Positions 29,275 to 37,170 of a stretch of 64,000 nucleotides of DNA are shown here, in pieces. The notes under the pieces were generated by a model. That model had not been told where the DNA came from, made no database searches, and saw only the letters and a list, made by a program, of their open reading frames with translations. The DNA is from Planctomycetota bacterium (GTDB lineage: Bacteria > Planctomycetota > GCA-002687715 > CAIWVZ01). Numbering within the stretch: position 1 is the first letter of the stretch; each line of letters opens with the position of its first letter. Location: assembly GCA_044222185.1 (NCBI GenBank), contig JBGANV010000001.1:2144001-2208000 (forward strand), given 5' to 3'. Made by a program: the position numbers and the translations under genes.

Positions 29275-31344
29275 TCAGAGCAGGAACAGGACGTCGCGCA
29301 GCTCGGGCGTGTCTTCGTGGAAGAGGTTGCTCGCGCGCAGCCGCTGGAAGAGCGGGACGCCGTCGTGGTCGCAAAGAAGTCCGAGCGCGCAGGCGGCGGC
29401 AGCGCGTGCATCCGCAGGGACGTCGACGCGCGTCGCGATGTCCATCAGCGCGTGCGCGGCGTCGCGGTTGCCGATGAAGCCGAGCGCGAGCGAGCATGCA
29501 CCGCGGACGAAAGCAGAGCCGTCCTGGAGCGTCGCCACCAGCTCGGCGACCGCTGCGCCACGCATCCCGCAAGATCCGACTGCGAGCGCGGCCGCGTGGC
29601 GCAATCGCGGGTTGTGTTCGTCGTGGAGGAGGCGAACCAGGGCCCGGACGTCCGGGCACTCGCCGATCATCGCGATTCCTTCGAGGGCGTAGCTCCGAAG
29701 CTCGGGATCGGACCCGCTCTGCGCGAGCCGCAGCAGCTCGGCCGCCTTGCTCCGATCGTGGACGAGGCCGAACGCGATGCAGTGTGCGCCGCGCGCGTCG
29801 TTGCTCGACGCGGCGATGTAGGACGCCGAGAGAGCCTCCCGCGCGGCCGCAACCTCTTCGTCGGTCCGGGCGGAGAGCGCAAGCGCAATCGGCCCGAATC
29901 CCGTCAGCGCTCCCTTGCGACCGAGCTTTTCCCGGCATGCGGCGGCGGCGGTATCACCGCCGATACGCCCGAGCGCCACGAGAGCGAGGGCCCGTACGAC
30001 CTGGTCCTGGTGCGTGTCGACGAGCGAGATGAGCGCCTTCAGCACGCCGTCGTCCGTCGGTTTCGCGGTGATCCCGAGGGCGATGGTGGCGGCGCGCACG
30101 ATCTCGTGCGATCGCTCACCGAGCGCCCGAGCCAGGATCGATTGCACGGAGGCGCCGCCGTCGCGGATCCGGCCGAGTGCGATGGCACAGCTGGCGCGGA
30201 CGCGCGTCTCTTCGGCATCGTCCGCCAGGTGGCGGCACAGCGCCGGCACCACGGCACCGTCTCCGAGGATGCCGAGCGCCTGGGCGACGAAGACGCGGAT
30301 CGCGGGCGCCGCGTCACCATCCAGCGAACGCACGAGGATCGGTGCCGCCCGATGATCGCCCATGAATCCGAGCCCGAGTGCCGCGCCCTGCCGGACCCAT
30401 TCGGAAACAGGTGCATCGGAGGTCGTGGCCATGGCGCGACCGGCCCGCGTGTCTTCGAGGATGTCGGCGAGGATCTGCAGCCCCTCTGGCCTGCCGAGAA
30501 GCCCGATCGAGAGCGCAGCGGCGCGCGCCACGTTCAGGTCGTCATCGTGCAGCGCGGGGACGAGGTGCCCGAAGGCCTCCTTCTCGCCCGATTTCCCGAG
30601 CGCGATCGCTGCAGCCACGCGCGGGAGCGGGTTGCGGTCGCAACGCAGCACGCGACCGAGCGTGGGGACCGCGAGCCATCGGCGAAGGTCCGTGTCGACG
30701 ACCTCCTCGCCGTCGAGTCCGGCCGTGGTCCCGGTGCGGTGCCCGGCGTCGTCGAGCATCCTCCGCACGTTCATCAACTCGTACTTGTTGAAGTTCCACC
30801 ACGTGACCCAGTTCTCGATGCCGTCCGAATTTCGTTTCGTCTTGCCGGGAGCCGCGCCGCCAAGCCCGCGACCGCCGGCACTCGGGGCCGCGATCGCGGC
30901 GCCGCCGCGCGTGACGCCTCCGACGGAATTCGACGTTCCAGTGCCCGTTGGCGTCGGGTGGGTCGGCTTGGGCCCTGAGCCGTTTCCGCCGCCGGTGCGT
31001 CCGGGGTCGCCGCCACCCATGACACCGCCGTTGTTGCTGGCGCCGCCGCCGGAGGTGCCGGAACCCGGCTGACCGCCGCCCGCCGACGCCGAGTGGGTCG
31101 AATTCCCGCCGCCGTTTGCACCGCCGTAGGAGCCTCCCGTCGACGTCCCGTTCGAGCCGGATCCTGGGGGTTGTGTTGGCGAATACGACGGCGAGTCCGG
31201 ACAGATCTGGGCCGACGCCGTAGCGCCACTCGCGAGCGCGAGCACGGCGAGCGCCGCCCACGAGAGGGAGACCAGGTTCGTCGGTGCGAGGGCCCTGCGA
31301 CCGACGTTTCGAATTCGAATGATCCCGGCGAACGCACCCGACAT
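29275..31344 (-). CDS. Secreted HEAT-repeat protein with Gly-rich N-terminal region (start uncertain)
   Basis: Signal-like segment (ASA-Q), Gly/Ser/Thr-rich linker, NWVTWWNFN motif, many RxxAAxALG HEAT repeats. Confidence 0.78.
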   Translation of the reverse strand: MSGAFAGIIRIRNVGRRALAPTNLVSLSWAALAVLALASGATASAQICPDSPSYSPTQPPGSGSNGTSTGGSYGGANGGGNSTHSASAGGGQPGSGTSGGGASNNGGVMGGGDPGRTGGGNGSGPKPTHPTPTGTGTSNSVGGVTRGGAAIAAPSAGGRGLGGAAPGKTKRNSDGIENWVTWWNFNKYELMNVRRMLDDAGHRTGTTAGLDGEEVVDTDLRRWLAVPTLGRVLRCDRNPLPRVAAAIALGKSGEKEAFGHLVPALHDDDLNVARAAALSIGLLGRPEGLQILADILEDTRAGRAMATTSDAPVSEWVRQGAALGLGFMGDHRAAPILVRSLDGDAAPAIRVFVAQALGILGDGAVVPALCRHLADDAEETRVRASCAIALGRIRDGGASVQSILARALGERSHEIVRAATIALGITAKPTDDGVLKALISLVDTHQDQVVRALALVALGRIGGDTAAAACREKLGRKGALTGFGPIALALSARTDEEVAAAREALSASYIAASSNDARGAHCIAFGLVHDRSKAAELLRLAQSGSDPELRSYALEGIAMIGECPDVRALVRLLHDEHNPRLRHAAALAVGSCGMRGAAVAELVATLQDGSAFVRGACSLALGFIGNRDAAHALMDIATRVDVPADARAAAACALGLLCDHDGVPLFQRLRASNLFHEDTPELRDVLFLL

Positions 31345-31547
31345 CAGCGCATCTCGCAGCTGGGCGAGCCTCCGACTCGATCGGATCACGAACAGGCTGG
31401 AGTTCGTCACCCGAAGGATGCGGCGGAGTCTACAGAGATGAACCATGGCAGGTGAAGAGGTCTTTGGACCGACGGCCGTGTGGGCGCGCTCCCGGACCGG
31501 CCCCGGACCGTGGGAAGGATCGGCCTCAGCACGCAACATGCCGGATC

Positions 31548-32363
31548 ATGCCGACCCTCGACCTGCCGTTCGGGACGATCTTCTACCGGGAGAAGGGTTC
31601 GGGGCCCGCCCTCGTCATGCTGATGGGAACGGGCGCGGATCACACGAGTTGGGCCCGCCAGCTCCCCGCGCTGTCCGCTGCATTCCGGGTCGTGACGCCG
31701 GACAATCGCGGGTCAGGACGGAGCATTCCGCCGCCTCCACGCACGTTCGAGACGAGCGACTTCGCACGGGAAGCGATCCAGTTCCTCGATGGCATCGGCA
31801 TTCGGAGTTTCCACCTCAGCGGGTTCTCGTTCGGCTCGGCGGTGGCACTCGCGGTCGCCCTTGCGGCGCCGTCTCGCATCCTCGCACTGTCGGTTCATGC
31901 CGGCTGGGCGGGTCCCAATCCCATCACGACGCCTGCCCTCGAACGTTCCGTCGAGCGGATCGAGACGGAGGGCGTGCAGTCGTTCCTCCAAGCCGCGTGC
32001 GAGCGGAACTTCAGCCCCACGTTCCGACAGGCCGACCCGGCGGTGTGGGAGTCGTTCCTGAAGAACGTCACCAACAGCGTGACGCGTCCGAGCGCCGAGG
32101 GGGTCATCGCCCAGGCCAACGCGGGGCTCCGGCATGACGTACGCGCCCGGCTCGGCGAGTTGACGATGCCCGTCCTCGTCACGACGGGCGAGCACGACCC
32201 CGTGGCCCCGCCAGCCGTCGCGGAGGAACTGGCGGCGCGAATTCCCAGCGCGGCGCTCCATGTCTTCCGGGGGCCGCGCGCGTGGCACGCCATCCCCCTC
32301 GAGATGGCGGAGGAGTTCAACGGCGTCATGCTCGACTTCCACGGACGCCACCCGGCGCCGTGA
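31548..32363 (+). CDS. Alpha/beta hydrolase (3-oxoadipate enol-lactonase-like)
   Basis: DNRGSGRS, GFSFG nucleophile elbow, GEHD and C-terminal His. Confidence 0.88.
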   Translation: MPTLDLPFGTIFYREKGSGPALVMLMGTGADHTSWARQLPALSAAFRVVTPDNRGSGRSIPPPPRTFETSDFAREAIQFLDGIGIRSFHLSGFSFGSAVALAVALAAPSRILALSVHAGWAGPNPITTPALERSVERIETEGVQSFLQAACERNFSPTFRQADPAVWESFLKNVTNSVTRPSAEGVIAQANAGLRHDVRARLGELTMPVLVTTGEHDPVAPPAVAEELAARIPSAALHVFRGPRAWHAIPLEMAEEFNGVMLDFHGRHPAP

Positions 32364-32364
32364 T

Positions 32365-35136
32365 TCAGTCCAGACGGCGTGCCGGGCGGACGCCCAGGTC
32401 GTCGTTGTGGTAGTTCGGCGCGAGACCGTAGCGAAACGAGACTCGCGCATAATTCGCGTTGAACGTGAAGCTGCCGCCTCGCGCGATGAACCCGTCCGAC
32501 TGATCACCGGCACGAAGCCCTTCCGGACCCGACGCCGCCAGTTCCTTGTATTGCGCGTAGGGCTCGCGGGTCATCTCGAAGACGTTGCCGTGGACCTCGT
32601 GCAGCCCGAAGGGATTCGCGCGCGTCGATCCGACGGGGGCATGCAGCACGAAACCATCATCGAGTTCGGGCCAGTCGCCGATCGCGGGCCACTGAGCACC
32701 ACCTCGCAGTGCGGCCTGATCCGCCAGGTTCGCCGCGACTCCGTGCTGGCGCAGGGACTCGCGGTCTGGTCCGCTCCACCACGGGGTCGCCGTGCCCGCG
32801 CGCGCCGCGTATTCCCACTGAGCCTCGGTCGGCACCGTGAGACCGAGCTGCCACGACACACGGATCGCGTCCGCGTGTCCGATGGACTCGACCGGATGCG
32901 TCAACGTGAACACCGTCCCCCCGGCGCGCAGTCCCGCAGCATAGGACGCCGGGTTTCGACCCGTCGCACGGAGCCACTGCCCCTGGGTCATCTCGTATTT
33001 CGAGATGAAGAACGGAGCGAGAGTCACACGGTTCACCGGGCTCTCGTCGGCGACGGCCGCGGCGTCCACGTTGGGTTCGCCGGACGTCTGCGCGTCGTCG
33101 GGTCGAGCCGCGCCCATGGCGAACGTCCCACCGGGCACGAGGACGAGCACCACGCCGTCCTCCGGCACGAGGGCATATCGTCCATCGGGCCCGACCTTGG
33201 GCTGCGGCCCATGACCCGGGGCGACGGTCGCCACGTGGATGAACTCCCAGAGCCCCGAGTCGGGATCGCGGCGAATCGGGACGAGCCCCAACTGCGGTCG
33301 GATCCGCAGCCCACCGTACTTCGGACAGGCGGCCGCATCGCCGATCGATGCGACGGCCTCGTTCCATTGCGCCGCGAAGCGCCCGACCGTCCGCTCGGTG
33401 ACCGTGCGTGAGGTCTGCAATCGCGCGTCGACGTCGGCGATCAGACCGATGGCCGGATCGGGATCCGAGAGCCGTGCGAGGTCATCCACGAGCCCCGTCA
33501 GGTAATCGTGCTTCCACTGGTCTTCCGTTCGCGAGAAGCGCCACTCGGTCCGTTTTGCACGCGTGTCCGCTGGAGCCGATGCAGGGCGCTCGTTGGCGCC
33601 GGCGCGGAGGTTCGCCAGCGCGACCCGGTGCGCCTCGAGGTTCGACGCGAGCTGCCGCGCCCGGCGCAACCAGTCCTCGAGGCGCGCGGTCATCTCCGGC
33701 ATCGCCGGGAAGAGGTCGGCCGCCTCGCGCGCGAGATCCGCCAGCCGCTTTCCGTCGGCGAGTCGCTCGTAATCCGCCAGCGCGACGGCGCGAGTCCGCG
33801 CGTTCTCGTCGGCGCGATCGCGCTCACGCTCGGTGGCGTGAAGGAGACTCTGGCTGACGATGAGCGCCGCCCCGAGGATCACGAAGATCGCGACGAGGGC
33901 CGTTGCGAGCGATGGATTCCGGCGACTCCAGCTCACCGCCCGCGACAACGCCGTCGCGGGTTTGGCCAGGATCGGTTCGTGGTTCCGCACGCGATGCAGG
34001 TCTTCCGCGAACGCCAGTGCGCTCTGGTAGCGACGGTCGCGATCCTTGCTCAGCGCCGTTGCGATGACGACGCCCAGGTCCCGCGAGATCGACAGGTTCA
34101 GCACGCGAGGATCGGCCGGTTCGTCCCGGAGGATTCGCTGCCAGAGCGCGGCGCGCGTCGGCGCTTCGAACGGTGGACGCAGCGTCACGCACTCGTACAG
34201 CGTGGCTCCGAGCGAGTAGACGTCCGTCCGGCGATCGAGGACTCCCGTCGCAGCGACCTGCTCGGGTGACATGTAGGCCGGCGTCCCGAAGAGGTCGCCC
34301 GCCTGGGTCAGACCGACGTCGTCAGCCCAGAGGTCGCGCGCGAGTCCGAAGTCGAGAACCACGGGGTTTCCGTCCTCGCCCACCATGATGTTCCCCGGCT
34401 TGATGTCGCGGTGGATCACCCCCGCCTCGTGTGCGGCGTGAAGTGCGCGCGCGGCCTTCTCGACGAGCTCGATGGCGGCGAGCAGGTCCGGGCGGATCGG
34501 AACGGTGGCCTGGTCGACGCGGCGGACCGCCGTCGCCTCCCGCGCCGTCCGGTGCGTCACGCCGAGGTCGACGTAGGTGCTGTCGGTGGCGGTGCCGGTC
34601 CGAAGCGATTGGATGCGGCGCGCGAGCGTCTCGCCGCGGACGTAGCGCATGGCGATGTATGGGGTCTCGCCCACCACGCCGGAGTCGTACACCGTGCAGA
34701 TACCCGCGTGGTCCAACCGCGAGGCGACCTCGGCCTCGCGCTGGAAGCGGCGAACGGTCTCCGAGCCTGGGGCCGCCGTGGACGACAGCAGCTTCAGCGC
34801 CACGCGTCGGTGCAGCCGGGTGTCCGTCGCGAGATACACCGCACCCTGGCCGCCACGCCCCAGTTCGTCCTCGATCTGGTATTGCGCCAGCCTGTCGCCC
34901 GGACGCCAATCAGTGGCTTGCTTGCGGGTTTCACGGCCGACGCGGACGGTCTCGTCCGACGCCGAGACGCGGGAGTGCTCACGGGCGATGAGGCTCTCAT
35001 GACCCGGCCACAAAGCCTGATAATCGGCCAGGCTACGGATCCGGCCCGCCGCACGATCGGCGCGGTAGAGGTCCTGGAATTCCTGGGTCGGGTCGACGTC
35101 AGCCATGCGTGGTATCGGCGCGGTTGCCGAGGCCAT
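32365..35136 (-). CDS. Ser/Thr protein kinase fused to FGE-sulfatase (SUMF1) domain
   Basis: GRGGQG, VALK, HRDIKPGN, DFG, GTPAYMSPE, one TM, then FxMG, PTEAQWEYAARAG, NPFGLHEVHGNV and RGGS. The ORF-track extension to 36012 is the shadow of the + strand gene. Confidence 0.9.
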   Translation of the reverse strand: MASATAPIPRMADVDPTQEFQDLYRADRAAGRIRSLADYQALWPGHESLIAREHSRVSASDETVRVGRETRKQATDWRPGDRLAQYQIEDELGRGGQGAVYLATDTRLHRRVALKLLSSTAAPGSETVRRFQREAEVASRLDHAGICTVYDSGVVGETPYIAMRYVRGETLARRIQSLRTGTATDSTYVDLGVTHRTAREATAVRRVDQATVPIRPDLLAAIELVEKAARALHAAHEAGVIHRDIKPGNIMVGEDGNPVVLDFGLARDLWADDVGLTQAGDLFGTPAYMSPEQVAATGVLDRRTDVYSLGATLYECVTLRPPFEAPTRAALWQRILRDEPADPRVLNLSISRDLGVVIATALSKDRDRRYQSALAFAEDLHRVRNHEPILAKPATALSRAVSWSRRNPSLATALVAIFVILGAALIVSQSLLHATERERDRADENARTRAVALADYERLADGKRLADLAREAADLFPAMPEMTARLEDWLRRARQLASNLEAHRVALANLRAGANERPASAPADTRAKRTEWRFSRTEDQWKHDYLTGLVDDLARLSDPDPAIGLIADVDARLQTSRTVTERTVGRFAAQWNEAVASIGDAAACPKYGGLRIRPQLGLVPIRRDPDSGLWEFIHVATVAPGHGPQPKVGPDGRYALVPEDGVVLVLVPGGTFAMGAARPDDAQTSGEPNVDAAAVADESPVNRVTLAPFFISKYEMTQGQWLRATGRNPASYAAGLRAGGTVFTLTHPVESIGHADAIRVSWQLGLTVPTEAQWEYAARAGTATPWWSGPDRESLRQHGVAANLADQAALRGGAQWPAIGDWPELDDGFVLHAPVGSTRANPFGLHEVHGNVFEMTREPYAQYKELAASGPEGLRAGDQSDGFIARGGSFTFNANYARVSFRYGLAPNYHNDDLGVRPARRLD

Positions 35137-35283
35137 GGATACCACGCGGGGTGGCGCGCTGCCGGCAGCTCCCGACCCCAGCGGGATTTTTTCCTTGGGC
35201 CTCGCCGTCTCCGTCGACGAAGATCGGCCCCACTGCGAGGGCCGCGCGACAGGACTGCGGCCCCCCAAGACGAGGACCGAACC

Positions 35284-36015
35284 ATGCCGAGATCCGGACG
35301 ATGGCTCCAGTTGACGGCCGCCAGCCTGCTCGGGCTCGCGTTCGTGCTGGCGAGTGGGACCGCGCACGCCCAGGCCGAGGATGACGACGCATTCGACCAC
35401 GCCGGGACGTTGCGCCAGATCCGACGGAACATGGCGAAGATCGAGGAGGAGCTGGGACGGCTCGGCCCTCACGACCCCAAGACCGGTGAGAAGGTCATCG
35501 AGGACATCGACAGGGTCCTCGATCAGGCGAAGAAGCGTGGCGACCAGATCGTGAGCGACATCGACACGTTCCTCGATCATCTGAAGTGTTGAAGCGGCGG
35601 GGCCGGTTCCAGCCCGGGTGGCGGGAATCCCAAGGGATCGTCGAAGCCGAACGGCAAGGGTTCGCAGGCGCGCGGCGCGGCGCGAGACCGCAACAAGTCC
35701 GACAAGCCGGATGACTCGGCCAGGCGTCCGGGCAAGAAGAAACCCGGTGAGTCGGCGGGCGGCAAGAAGGGCGGCGGCCCCGAAGACGGCACCGCTCGTG
35801 AGAAGGCCGGCGGCCAGAACGTCGACGGGCCCGAGAAGGAGCCAGGGCCGAAGCAGAAGGTTCCGATGGACCTCGTGAACGAGCTGTGGGGCAACCTCCC
35901 GCGCGAGCTCCGCCAGAAGCTCGTGGACCGCAACTTCGACGAGGTGACGCCCGAGTACGAGGCGGAGGTCGTCGAGTACTTCAAGAAGACGAACGTGCCG
36001 GTGAAGAAGCACTGA
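35284..36015 (+). CDS. Secreted 243-aa protein with in-frame UGA at codon 103 (Cys-Sec motif); candidate selenoprotein
   Basis: GAGG RBS and signal peptide (AHA-Q), then a helical domain ending LKC-TGA (35590-35592). The frame stays open with GC3-rich codons through a G/K/S/P linker to a WGNLP...PEYEAEVVEYFK domain, stop 36013-36015. SECIS-like hairpin at 35605-35629. Confidence 0.72.
35605..35629 (+). promoter_or_regulatory. Putative bacterial SECIS element
   Basis: GGTTCC-A-GCC-[CGGGT]-GGC-G-GGAATC: 6-bp plus 3-bp stem, 5-nt loop with G at position 2, and 22 nt between UGA and loop. Confidence 0.55.
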
Positions 36016-36082
36016 TTCCGACCCGGCGCGTGCGAAGGCCCCGATCGGTCGAGGTCCCCTCCAAACGGAACGGCTGCAGGAA

Positions 36083-36420
36083 CTGCGCGCGATGACCGCC
36101 GACGACCGTCCGACGAACCGAGCGGTCCTCGAGCATCAGCCATAGGTGTGGAGCGTCGATCACACCTCGGCCGGGTCCGCCGCGGAGACAGGCACGAACT
36201 TCGACATCGTCCTCGTCGATCGTCAGATGCCCGACGAAGACGGGTCGTCGTTCGTTCGGTGGCTCCGCGCCACGACGGACGGAACGATCGTGCGTGTCGT
36301 GATGATGACCTCCGCGGACGCGGTGTCAGGCCTGGCGGGCGTGCCACACGCCATGAACGGAGCCGGTCCCTGCAAGCGGCCGGTCTTGAATCGCTCCGAG
36401 CGCGGGCCCGCGGACGGCGT
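36083..36420 (+). pseudogene. Degenerate response-regulator receiver domain remnant
   Basis: Reads LRAMTADDRPTNRAVLEHQP*VWSVD...FDIVLVDRQMPDEDG...VVMMTS...KRPV, with in-frame TAG at 36143-36145. Confidence 0.65.
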
Positions 36421-36749
36421 CAGAACGCGTCGGCGACGGTGCCGGGAAGACTCCGCCCGTCGCTCGACGGAAGGTCGTCGTCGTCATCGAATTCGCCGAA
36501 GTCCATGGCGTCGGCGCCAGGCTTGATCTCGTCGAGGATCTCGCGGGCGCGCGCGAGGTCGCGCGCCGGCACCGATATCTCGCAGCCCAGCGCGCCGATG
36601 ATCGTCTGCCACGTCGCCCAGCCATCCGCGAGGAAACGACCGGGAATGACCGCATGGATTCCCTCACGCTCGAGCGCCTCCGCCCACATACCAGCGATCA
36701 CCGGGTTCGGCGCACGGCCGACGACGACATGGGGACCGGGGCCTTCCAT
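36420..36749 (-). CDS. DUF2007-like putative signal-transducing protein
   Basis: AxxxxxxLEREGI...ISVPARDLARAREIL pattern with an acidic tail. Confidence 0.75.
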   Translation of the reverse strand: MEGPGPHVVVGRAPNPVIAGMWAEALEREGIHAVIPGRFLADGWATWQTIIGALGCEISVPARDLARAREILDEIKPGADAMDFGEFDDDDDLPSSDGRSLPGTVADAF

Positions 36750-36844
36750 GGGAAACTCCTTGCCCGGCAGCGCCCCGCCGGATCGAAGGACCGCAGTCTA
36801 TCCGGTGTGCTAACCTCGCGCCCGCCCCGTCGCGGCCGATCACC

Positions 36845-37150
36845 ATGACACTCGACCGAGCCACTCTCCGAGCCCTTCGAAGCCAGGCCCACCACCTCAC
36901 GCCGACCGTCCGCATCGGACCCAACGGCGTCACCCCCGGAGTCGTGCAGGCGCTCGACGTCGAGTTCAAGAAAACCGAGCTCGTGAAGGTCCAATGCACC
37001 AAGGCGACGGCCGAGACCACGGCCGCCGCGGCGACCGAGCTGGCGGCGGCAGCCAGGGCCGACGTCGTTCAGGTCATCGGACACACGTTCACGCTGCACC
37101 GCGCGCGACGCGATACACCGCCGGACGACGACGTCGACCTCGGCGACTGA
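36845..37150 (+). CDS. yhbY: YhbY/CRM-domain RNA-binding protein
   Basis: LRSQAHHLTPTVRIGPNG, ELVKV and VQVIGHTFTLHR. Confidence 0.9.
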   Translation: MTLDRATLRALRSQAHHLTPTVRIGPNGVTPGVVQALDVEFKKTELVKVQCTKATAETTAAAATELAAAARADVVQVIGHTFTLHRARRDTPPDDDVDLGD

Positions 37151-37170
37151 GGACGACGCGGTCGCGAGCC

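Noticed and set aside
34411-35283. Upstream part of + strand ORF 34411-35592
   Set aside because: It is antisense to the kinase; the real start is ATG 35284.
35137-36012. 292-aa N-terminal extension of the kinase ORF
   Set aside because: It is the antisense shadow of the + strand gene 35284-36015, which has the RBS, signal peptide and codon bias.
36143-36145. Pyrrolysine read-through at the TAG in the REC remnant
   Set aside because: The surrounding domain is degraded and there is no pyl context; a pseudogene is the simpler explanation.
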